This document shows, piece by piece, positions 1 through 8,206 of a stretch of 32,000 nt of DNA. A model generated the notes under the pieces. It had not been told where the DNA came from, made no database searches, and saw only the letters and a program-made list of their open reading frames with translations. Positions within the stretch are counted from its first letter, which is position 1, and every line of letters begins with the position of its first letter. This DNA is from Candidatus Heimdallarchaeota archaeon (GTDB lineage: Archaea > Asgardarchaeota > Heimdallarchaeia > Heimdallarchaeales > Kariarchaeaceae): contig JASBSB010000001.1 in NCBI GenBank assembly GCA_030149205.1, positions 30,001 to 62,000 on the forward strand. The letters run 5' to 3'. Position numbers and translations under genes: made by a program.

Positions 1-97
1 AAATAATTTTGAGTTATGTGTTGAAAAATCTAATTGAATACTTTATACTGGTTTATATTATAGAATCCACTGTTTCATCAGAGATTTAATTGAAAAT

Positions 98-604
98 TTA
101 AGATAGAGTAACCTTGATTACATCTTTGTTTTTCAGCAACCTTTCGACGATCTTCCCTGGTATCTTCTTGTCTGTAACAATTGTCATTGTAGCTTCAACA
201 CTTAACTCAGGATCCTTACAAAGCATATATCGAATGACCAAGTCTTGATCAGCAACTAATTGAGCAGCTAATGCTGCAATACCCACCCCTGATGAAAATG
301 CATGGATTTCCATTACACCCTCAAAGGAATGTTTATCATAACGTGCGACGTCACTAATATCCGCAACTGTACTAAGATGTGAAAAGACATCAAATAGTGC
401 AGGATTATTTCTGATGTTTTTCGTAGTTTCTTCTACAACTTTACGATCCACTCGACAGGCTTTGGCAACCTTGGTTACTGATAATTGAACTGGCCCCGCA
501 AAAATTCCTTCTTCTGTGACTCTAAAACCATACTCAAGAAATAATTCCGCAACTTTTAATCGAGAAGGTTTGTTCTCAAATTCTTTTAAAATATCAGGTC
601 TCAT
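98..604 (-). CDS. Archaeal ACT-domain regulator of amino acid metabolism (COG2150-like, N-terminal HTH-like region plus ACT)
   Basis: KVAELFLEYGFRV...SVTKVAKACRVDRKVVEET and a C-terminal ACT-like region (DPELSVEATMTIVTDKKIPGK) match this archaeal family. The ORF is open from 628, but ATG 604 follows an AGGT SD-like motif. Confidence 0.8.
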   Translation of the reverse strand: MRPDILKEFENKPSRLKVAELFLEYGFRVTEEGIFAGPVQLSVTKVAKACRVDRKVVEETTKNIRNNPALFDVFSHLSTVADISDVARYDKHSFEGVMEIHAFSSGVGIAALAAQLVADQDLVIRYMLCKDPELSVEATMTIVTDKKIPGKIVERLLKNKDVIKVTLS

Positions 605-888
605 CAACCTTTTTAGAATTAGGATCATAAAAATATATGTTAATGCCCCAAAATTGTAGTCTAAACATTATATAAAGGTAACTTGCCACATTATTAGTTA
701 GTAACTTAAAAGTGTTCCAAAAAGAATAGATATCTAAATTTCGAGGTTGGTATAATTTACAATTGAATCTGGACCATTATTAGGAAATCGAAGCTGCGTA
801 TAGGTTATCGGAATTGAATCACCAAAAATGTGGTGAAATGGTTATTTTATTCCATAACTTTTACAAATTAGGAAACGTACCAATTTTC

Positions 889-1989
889 ATGAGTTATGAA
901 AGTAAGTTGAATCAATTACGTACTAATATACGTGAATTAGATTCAAAAATTGTGAATCTACTTAAGGAACGATTGGAGCTTGCTGTGGAAATTGGAAAGA
1001 TTAAATCAGAGTTGAAATTGCCTGTGAAGAATTTTCAAGTTGAAAAAGAAGTTATTCAACGAGCAAGGTTATTAAGTGAGCAATCTGGATTAGATCCAGA
1101 TTTCATGGAAAATATTATGAGCCTAACAATCAATGCCTCTGTTAATAAGCAGTTACAGGAGGTTAAATCTACCCCAGTTTTGCTTGAGGATTCACAGAGA
1201 GTTTTGGTGGTTGGTGGTTTGGGTAAGATGGGTGATTGGTTGTTGGGCTTCTTCCAATCTTCTGGATACATTGTGCATGTGGCAGATATTAAAGTAAGGG
1301 AGGAGGATGATACACATTTCAAAACATTACCCAATGATCAAAACTATGATTATATATTCATAGCAACCCCACTTGACAGACTTGGTGAAGACCTAAAAAA
1401 TGCTGCTAGGTCTTTTCCTGATTCCATTATAATAGAAATTGGTTCTTTAAAGTCCCACTTAATAGATGCGATAGCAGAAGTGATCAAAAGTGGTGGAAAG
1501 GTTGTCTCAATACATCCTATGTTCGGAGCAGATGTTGTGAATTTATCCGGGAGAAAACTAATTATCTGTACAAATGGGTTACCAGAGGAGGAACGAATGA
1601 CTGAAGCACTCTTTTCAGACACAACAGTAGAAATATCACATTTAAGGTTGAATGAACATGATAAGTATATTCTATACACTCTGGGTCTCTCCCATCTCAT
1701 CAATCTTTTGATGGGTGATGTTCTCCAATCCTCTGAATATGACTTTCCTTCACTTCGAAGAGTGGCTGGTACAACCTTTGATAAACAGATGCTAACCACC
1801 TTAGAAGTCTTTTCTGAGAATCCTTATCTCTACTATTCTATTCAACATTTAAACAAATTTCGAAGAAACTTATTTTTTGAGATGCAGGATTCGTTAAACA
1901 GGCTTATGTTCGCAATAGAAGGAGACGAACCCTCTGAATTTATTGAACTAATGGAACAGGGGAGAATGTTTTTGCTGGGAGAAAATTAA
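889..1989 (+). CDS. tyrA: Bifunctional chorismate mutase (AroQ type) / prephenate dehydrogenase
   Basis: N-terminal LRTNIRELDSKIVNLLKERLELAVEIGKIK (CM_2 fold), Rossmann motif GGLGKMG, SIHPMFG, HD...GLSH. ATG 889 is preferred over the track's TTG 814. Confidence 0.9.
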   Translation: MSYESKLNQLRTNIRELDSKIVNLLKERLELAVEIGKIKSELKLPVKNFQVEKEVIQRARLLSEQSGLDPDFMENIMSLTINASVNKQLQEVKSTPVLLEDSQRVLVVGGLGKMGDWLLGFFQSSGYIVHVADIKVREEDDTHFKTLPNDQNYDYIFIATPLDRLGEDLKNAARSFPDSIIIEIGSLKSHLIDAIAEVIKSGGKVVSIHPMFGADVVNLSGRKLIICTNGLPEEERMTEALFSDTTVEISHLRLNEHDKYILYTLGLSHLINLLMGDVLQSSEYDFPSLRRVAGTTFDKQMLTTLEVFSENPYLYYSIQHLNKFRRNLFFEMQDSLNRLMFAIEGDEPSEFIELMEQGRMFLLGEN

Positions 1990-2010
1990 CAATAACATTG
2001 AGGTATTATC

Positions 2011-3432
2011 GTGGAAGAAAAAATAGTTGTTTTCAAGTTTGGAGGTCGATGTATAGACTCAGTTTCAAACATCAGAAGAGTGACAAATCATATTTTAACA
2101 GCACTTTCAGAACAAAAGAAGGTGGTCATCACTGTATCAGCAGTAGCAGGAGTTACCAAGGAACTTAGAACCTTTTTAACTTCAAAATTTACTGAGGATG
2201 AGATAGAACCTTTCATGAATAAATTAAAAAGTTTACATCTACCATTAATTCTCAATGATTCCAGATTACATTCCAAATCAGTTCAGACAAAGGTAAACAA
2301 AGAATTCAAAAAAATAAAAACGCTCCTTACTGGTGTTGTATATACAGAGGAACTAACACCCAAGATTTATGATATTATTTTAAGTTACGGAGAAAGAATT
2401 TGTTCTTTAATTATCCAGGGACATTTGGTTACGGATCAGATTAAATGTAGACTGATACCCGCAGAAGAGGTTTTGATCACTGATGGAAGATATATGGATG
2501 CAAACATCTTGCTTTATGAAAGCAAAGCTTCCTCACAATCTAAGTTAAAACAACTCCTTGAATCAAATGATGCTCTAATTATCCCGGGATATTATGGATA
2601 TTCCAGAGAAACTGGAATTAACCTCTTGGGACCCTCAGGTACTGATTATACTGCGACTTCTCTTGGTTATATCTTAGAAGCAGAAGATATAATAATTTGG
2701 AAGACTGTAGATGGGTTTATGACAGCTGATCCAAAAATTATAGAATCTGCAAAAACTGTTACTGAGTTAACTTATGATGAGGCTGGTGAGTTAGCACATT
2801 TTGGGGCAAAGGTATTGCATCCCAAGGCCGTCATACCTGCGAGATTAAGTGGAAGCAAAATAGTGATTAAAAACTTATTTGATCCAAGTGTAACAACAGT
2901 TGTTAGTAAACGACGAAATGAGATTAAACAGGTTGTCAAGAGTGTTTCATACAAAGATTCATTGAACATTCTTCGAGTGTTCGTAATAAACGGAGGAACA
3001 ACTCATGGCATACTCTCCAGTATTGCATCTACATTGGAAAATAAAAATGTCAATATTTATTCAATTGCTACTTCTCAGACCTGTATCGCCTTTTTGATTG
3101 ATAATAAACAAAGTTCGTTGGCAGAGAGGATTTTACTTAAATTAAGCATAGTGGAACGGGTTGAAATTTCTGAGCATGCAGCACTTATTTGTATTGTTGG
3201 AGAGGGATTAGGAAAAACACCAGGCGTTGCAGCAAATGTCTTCAAAACTACAGCATACAACGATATCAATGTTGAGTTTATTTCTGCGGGTGCATCTCAA
3301 GTAGCCTATCATTTTAGTGTGAATGAAAAAGAATTGGAAAACGCATTACGTACAATTCATCAGTACTTCTTCTCAGTAAACTCAACGAATGAATTGAACC
3401 CTTCTAAGAGCCTAAATAAGGGGGAAATCTAA
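2011..3432 (+). CDS. lysC: Aspartate kinase family protein with two C-terminal ACT domains (atypical active-site motifs)
   Basis: KFGG, SYGER, TADP, ELAHFGAKVLHP and ACT repeats (IATSQTCIAF; ISAGASQVAY). GTG start after a GAGGT SD-like motif. Confidence 0.8.
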   Translation: MEEKIVVFKFGGRCIDSVSNIRRVTNHILTALSEQKKVVITVSAVAGVTKELRTFLTSKFTEDEIEPFMNKLKSLHLPLILNDSRLHSKSVQTKVNKEFKKIKTLLTGVVYTEELTPKIYDIILSYGERICSLIIQGHLVTDQIKCRLIPAEEVLITDGRYMDANILLYESKASSQSKLKQLLESNDALIIPGYYGYSRETGINLLGPSGTDYTATSLGYILEAEDIIIWKTVDGFMTADPKIIESAKTVTELTYDEAGELAHFGAKVLHPKAVIPARLSGSKIVIKNLFDPSVTTVVSKRRNEIKQVVKSVSYKDSLNILRVFVINGGTTHGILSSIASTLENKNVNIYSIATSQTCIAFLIDNKQSSLAERILLKLSIVERVEISEHAALICIVGEGLGKTPGVAANVFKTTAYNDINVEFISAGASQVAYHFSVNEKELENALRTIHQYFFSVNSTNELNPSKSLNKGEI

Positions 3433-4803
3433 ATGAGTGACACTCTGCTTAAAATTAACTACATAGATTTTCCCCAGATAGACCCAGTTAGCTTATACTC
3501 ACTAATTAGGCAAAAATATTCTAATTCAGTGCTGCTGGAGTCAATGGAAGGTCCTGAAAAATTAGCCACTCAATCAGTAATTTGTTTTTCACCTAAAAAC
3601 CTCTACAAGGTTGAGAAGGGAAAGTTATATGAGGGTAACAGACAGTTAAGCTCAGATTTTAATCAGACAGTAAAGTATCTTAAGAGGATTATTCGAGATA
3701 ATCAAGTTGGGGGAATCCATTCTTCGAACCAGTTTAGGGGTGGTCTTGTTGGATTTACAAGTTATGATTTTGTAAAAAACATTGAACCAAAATTAAAGAT
3801 TCAGTGGGACAAGGATTTTCCCGAGGCAGTCTATGCATTGTATCTGGATGGGATTGTCTTTGATCACAAAGAAAGCACCATCAGGTATTTTTATGTGGAT
3901 GGTGTAAGTGAAAGATTTTCTGAGATTATTCAGGTTCTTGGTGAACCAGTTGATTCTGATGAGCTTCAGGTACTGTCATCGAAGGAAAGTATGACAAAAC
4001 TCGAGTTTGAAAAGGCAGTTCGTCTTATTAAGCAATCCATAAAGGCAGGTGAAACCTTTCAAACTGTTCTTTCTCATTCTATCAGGTTTGAGATAAAAGG
4101 AGACCCCTTCTTAATATATAAGAGACTGAGGACAATCAATCCTAGCCCTTACATGTATTGTCTAGAGTTAGATTCGTTCACGATAATTGGAAGTAGTCCT
4201 GAATTATTGGTAGAAGTCAAAGGTAATGAAATTTCAACCTATCCCATCGCAGGTACAAGACCGAAGGGAAAGTCTATAGACGATTTGAATTTTTTTAAGT
4301 CAGACCTTATGCAAGATGAAAAGGAATTGGCAGAACATAATATGTTAGTTGACCTTGGTCGAAACGATATAGGTAAAGTATCTAAATTTGGATCTGTTAA
4401 GGTTCCACTTTATTTAAGTGTGGAAGAATTTTCACATGTTATTCATATTGTTAGCAAAGTTACAGGTGAATTAAGAGAAGATTTTGACCAATTTGATGCT
4501 TTCTTTGCGTTATTTCCGGCAGGGACTGTATCTGGTGCTCCAAAGATACGGTCAATGGAATTAATTAGCAAGCTAGAAGGGGTTCCCAGGGGGCCGTATG
4601 CAGGTTCAGTTGGTTTTTTTGGCTTAAACGGAAATTGTGTTCAGGCCATAAGTATCAGAACAATATTTGGAAAGGAAAACAATTTTAGAGCACAGGCAGG
4701 AGCTGGCGTAGTTTTAGATTCAGATCCGATCAAAGAGTATTATGAGACAAAAAACAAGATGGCTGCAATTCTTGAGGCTACGGGTAAGGTGATTTCTACT
4801 TGA
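3433..4803 (+). CDS. trpE: Anthranilate synthase component I (chorismate-binding MST enzyme)
   Basis: LLES, NPSPYM, SSPE, PIAGT (Ala rather than the PabB Lys), EHNMLVDLGRND, FPAGTVSGAPK, AGAGVV. Confidence 0.88.
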   Translation: MSDTLLKINYIDFPQIDPVSLYSLIRQKYSNSVLLESMEGPEKLATQSVICFSPKNLYKVEKGKLYEGNRQLSSDFNQTVKYLKRIIRDNQVGGIHSSNQFRGGLVGFTSYDFVKNIEPKLKIQWDKDFPEAVYALYLDGIVFDHKESTIRYFYVDGVSERFSEIIQVLGEPVDSDELQVLSSKESMTKLEFEKAVRLIKQSIKAGETFQTVLSHSIRFEIKGDPFLIYKRLRTINPSPYMYCLELDSFTIIGSSPELLVEVKGNEISTYPIAGTRPKGKSIDDLNFFKSDLMQDEKELAEHNMLVDLGRNDIGKVSKFGSVKVPLYLSVEEFSHVIHIVSKVTGELREDFDQFDAFFALFPAGTVSGAPKIRSMELISKLEGVPRGPYAGSVGFFGLNGNCVQAISIRTIFGKENNFRAQAGAGVVLDSDPIKEYYETKNKMAAILEATGKVIST

Positions 4804-5420
4804 GGGTATTATTGATTGATAATTATGACAGCTTTACTTACAATTTGGTTCAATTGATTGGAGGAATAGACAAAAATATCTCCATAGACGTTTATAGAAA
4901 TGATGAATTGGATTTAGCTACACTAACGCTTCCAGATGCAATTGTTATTTCCCCTGGCCCTGGTAACCCACTTAATCATGAGGATTTTGGGGTTTGTACA
5001 AGTATACTCTCCACTCTTTCTAAAACAATTTCTACATTAGGGGTATGCCTAGGTCATCAAGGGATTGGTGCAGAATTTGGGTTTAAAATTGTCCCTGCAA
5101 AAGAAATCAGACATGGTAAGTGTTCAGAAATAATTCATACCAGCTCACGATTGTTTTTGGACATCCCTCAAAAATTTAGGGGTGCCAGATATCACTCTCT
5201 TGTCATAAAACCTGTAGACCCACAACTTACCATCACGGCTCAGAGTACTGATGACAACGCGATTATGGCAGTGGAACACAAAAAATTTCCGATTTATGGA
5301 GTTCAATTCCACCCAGAATCTATTTTAACGGAACATGGAGAGCAACTTATGAAAAATTTTCTTCAGATTGCTTTGGAGAATATACAGATGCAAACTTACA
5401 AAATTAGAAACGAGAATTAG
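4800..5420 (+). CDS. trpG: Anthranilate synthase component II (class I glutamine amidotransferase)
   Basis: IDNYDSFTYNL, ISPGPG, GVCLGHQ, RYHSL, GVQFHPES. The TTG start overlaps the trpE TGA (TTGA) and has GGTGA upstream. Confidence 0.92.
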   Translation: MRVLLIDNYDSFTYNLVQLIGGIDKNISIDVYRNDELDLATLTLPDAIVISPGPGNPLNHEDFGVCTSILSTLSKTISTLGVCLGHQGIGAEFGFKIVPAKEIRHGKCSEIIHTSSRLFLDIPQKFRGARYHSLVIKPVDPQLTITAQSTDDNAIMAVEHKKFPIYGVQFHPESILTEHGEQLMKNFLQIALENIQMQTYKIRNEN

Positions 5421-5547
5421 ATTTAATATTGAGTAAAAAGTAAGAAAAAATCTTAAGTTACCAATCCAAATATAAGTTTGCTTGAGAATGAAGTGTATAC
5501 TTAAATTTATAAGAAAGGGAACTATACCATTTGTTGTCCATCACCAA

Positions 5548-5565
5548 TTAAGGTCTAGACCTTAA
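5548..5565. repeat. Perfect 18-bp palindrome TTAAGGTCTAGACCTTAA
   Basis: Read directly from the sequence; it equals its own reverse complement. Lies between convergent trpG and the nuclease gene. Confidence 0.9.
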
Positions 5566-5605
5566 AGGAGGGAGTTAGATATAAAAAAAATCTAACTCCT
5601 GCCTT
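5565..5605. repeat. Long inverted repeat/hairpin (10-bp perfect core GGAGTTAGAT/ATCTAACTCC, extendable to 16 bp) with an A-rich loop; possible bidirectional terminator or small structured element
   Basis: AAGGAGGGAGTTAGAT-ATAAAAAAA-ATCTAACTCCTGCCTT: 15 of 16 positions pair on the + strand, counting one G.U. Confidence 0.8.
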
Positions 5606-5702
5606 GCGTGAAAGGACATTGTCATAGTATACCTCGGTTATTTTATCTTAAGTAAATTGAAATTATAAATGAACTTTATATTTTAAATTAATATTAAATA
5701 GA

Positions 5703-6236
5703 TCAAATCTTTGTGAAGTATTCATCCAACGAGTCTTGAGGTGGATCTATTAATTTATGGCTTCTAAGAACTTCTAAGAAATTTTCAGGACGAACATAAA
5801 AAATATCAAAATCATAGGATGAAAATTTAGCAGAGCATTTAGAGAGTAGTTTTGTGGTATCTAAATTAGTGACGGGAAAATCTTTTGTAAATACAGCAAC
5901 ACCAAAAATTTTGGTGGATTTGTTGGTATTCCTGTTAGATTGGCTTACAAGCCTTGCAATATTAATCATGTATTTTTGGGTCTGTCTTAGCGTTTTCTTA
6001 AGCATTGATAATGGTGTGGTATTGTAGTGTTTGACTTCAACCACCCCGTATATGTTTTCACTTAGAGTGCTTTTCATAACAAATCCATCCAACCTCTTCC
6101 CATATTGATTTTTCTCATGAAATCTCATATACCCATATGGTCGCAACATATCAACTGACTTCATCTGGGCTTCTTGCCAGGAGAGATATGCCCATTCATC
6201 ACGTTGCATAGGAAATCTGTTCTCGGAAGGATACAT
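5703..6236 (-). CDS. PD-(D/E)XK superfamily nuclease-like protein (Mrr/RecB/NucS-like)
   Basis: WQEAQ helix, RLDG, VVEVKHY and a QxxxY motif (QTQKY) occur in canonical order. Confidence 0.6.
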   Translation of the reverse strand: MYPSENRFPMQRDEWAYLSWQEAQMKSVDMLRPYGYMRFHEKNQYGKRLDGFVMKSTLSENIYGVVEVKHYNTTPLSMLKKTLRQTQKYMINIARLVSQSNRNTNKSTKIFGVAVFTKDFPVTNLDTTKLLSKCSAKFSSYDFDIFYVRPENFLEVLRSHKLIDPPQDSLDEYFTKI

Positions 6237-6403
6237 TAAGATTTATTTTCATTGGGTTGATTTTACAAAATCTTGTATGAATTTTTCTCAGAAAAGGATG
6301 AGTAATTTAGACTTAATAAGAAGATCAAGTTTTTTGATGACATTTTAAACAGCGAATTAATTTGAAACGTATTTACTGAAACGAAATATGAGTCACTATT
6401 GGA

Positions 6404-7933
6404 TTAGATATCCACCTTAAATTCTCTTGGCGCCTTGATATGTTCAAGAATCATCCTTTCCATTGTGTAGGGGGGTGCAGTCTCCATAATCTGTATAGCC
6501 TCATCAATTTTGTGTTCAGAGTTTGCCCATATAGTGATCAACGCATCTCCTTCATGAACAATATCCCCTCTTTGCTTATGTATTATTAACCCTGAATATT
6601 TGTCTTTAGGAGCTCCTGCTGCTCTGGCGATCAGTCCAACATTATAAGAATCAAGAGAATATATGGTATCTTCTGTGGTCGCCTTTATTACATGAGTGTA
6701 CCTTGCCTCCTGTACATCCTCACTTTTAATTTTAGGGTCACCACCTTGAGCCTCACAAATTTCCTTAAATTTATCTAATGCCTTTCCTGATGTCAGGATT
6801 TCTCTTGCAAGATTGTACCCCTCCCCAGGATTTGCCTTTCCCACCATCTCAAAAATAATACCTGACAGAGACACAGCCTTCTTTTCCAGAGAAAGAGAGG
6901 AGGTTTGACCTTCAAGAATCTGAATCCCCTCTTTTATTTCCAAGGCTGGACCTATCATTGTTCCTATTGGAGTATCTCCAGGAGAGACAATAGATTCTAT
7001 CTGTAACCCTAAATTAGATCCTAATGCAGCGAACTGAGAAGCCAGCTGTCTGGCATCTTCCCTTTGTGGAAGTTTCGAACCTTTTCCTGTTGGAAGGTCA
7101 ATCAACACATATTTTGAACCTGCGGCTTTTTTCTTTGACAAAATAGACGCTAACATCATCTCTTTGGGGTCAATCTTTACTTGCTTTACGACTCTTAGAA
7201 ATTTATCAGCTACCGCCCCTAACCCAATTTTTAAGCCATCAACCATACACCCATTGGTTTTTTCTACGATCTGAGCAGTCTCTTCAAGCGTAAACTCAAC
7301 CCCCATAACAACTTCAAGAGCATCTGAAGTTCCTGCTGGAGAAGTAATTGCTCTAGTTGAGACTTTAGGAATAGTCAACCCTGCCGCAGCGATTATGGGT
7401 ATCATAATTGGAGTAATTCTATTCCCAGCTATCCCCCCTATAGAGTGTTTATCAACTATGGGAGACCTTTTGTGAGTTAACTTTTTTGAGTGCTCTAGAA
7501 TTCCTGCTGCTACATCTGTGACTTCCGTTAGGTTCATACTATTGATTTCGATTGCTGTTCCAAATGTTGCTATATGTGAGTCAGCCACGTAACCGTACTC
7601 TATGGCATCAAGAAAATCTGTTATTTCCTGTTTGTTTAGAGCCTTACGTGCCATTTTTCTTCTAACCACCCGTGTATATTTCTCCAAACCTATCTCTTCA
7701 CATTCTACAACATCACCTTCCTTTAACCTAAGGTGTTTTGCAATCTCAGGAGAAATTGCTGCAAATGTAGGTGGTACAATGCTTGAACTCATTAGTCTAA
7801 ATCCCTGATTTCGATCGATAATCTTAATGAGGAGTCCTGGTTCAACATCTAAGGTTTTTAAGTAGTCTGGATGAACAATAAAATAATTTGGAGAGCCTCC
7901 AACGAGGTCTCTCAGTAAAACTTTGAATTCCAT
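6404..7933 (-). CDS. deoA: AMP phosphorylase (archaeal long-form thymidine phosphorylase family)
   Basis: 509 aa with the extra N-terminal domain typical of AMPpase; DKHSIGGIAGN, KVSTRAITSPAGTSD, SILSKKKAAG, RAAGAPKDK. Confidence 0.9.
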   Translation of the reverse strand: MEFKVLLRDLVGGSPNYFIVHPDYLKTLDVEPGLLIKIIDRNQGFRLMSSSIVPPTFAAISPEIAKHLRLKEGDVVECEEIGLEKYTRVVRRKMARKALNKQEITDFLDAIEYGYVADSHIATFGTAIEINSMNLTEVTDVAAGILEHSKKLTHKRSPIVDKHSIGGIAGNRITPIMIPIIAAAGLTIPKVSTRAITSPAGTSDALEVVMGVEFTLEETAQIVEKTNGCMVDGLKIGLGAVADKFLRVVKQVKIDPKEMMLASILSKKKAAGSKYVLIDLPTGKGSKLPQREDARQLASQFAALGSNLGLQIESIVSPGDTPIGTMIGPALEIKEGIQILEGQTSSLSLEKKAVSLSGIIFEMVGKANPGEGYNLAREILTSGKALDKFKEICEAQGGDPKIKSEDVQEARYTHVIKATTEDTIYSLDSYNVGLIARAAGAPKDKYSGLIIHKQRGDIVHEGDALITIWANSEHKIDEAIQIMETAPPYTMERMILEHIKAPREFKVDI

Positions 7934-8206
7934 ATGAACACCAATTATAATTTAAAGAATTAAGTAAAGTGTCTATTTATCTTTTCGGTTGTCTACGATT
8001 TGTATTGTGTCAGAAAAATTATGAAATTCAATTTAATAGTTCATTAGATCTAAGTTTGTTGTATAACGAAATTTTAATTGTTATTTACAAGTTTTTAATG
8101 ATTAATCTCTACTTTCAAGTTCTGAGACCTACTATGAATTAAGGAATACAATTGAAACGAAATACAAGTTTTAGAGGTTAAATTAAATTTTACAATGATG
8201 TTTGAA

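Noticed and set aside
814-888. 25-aa N-terminal extension of TyrA from TTG 814
   Set aside because: Homology starts at MSYESK (ATG 889); the extension looks like promoter DNA.
6404-7933. Thymidine/pyrimidine-nucleoside phosphorylase
   Set aside because: The length and extra N-terminal domain fit archaeal AMP phosphorylase.
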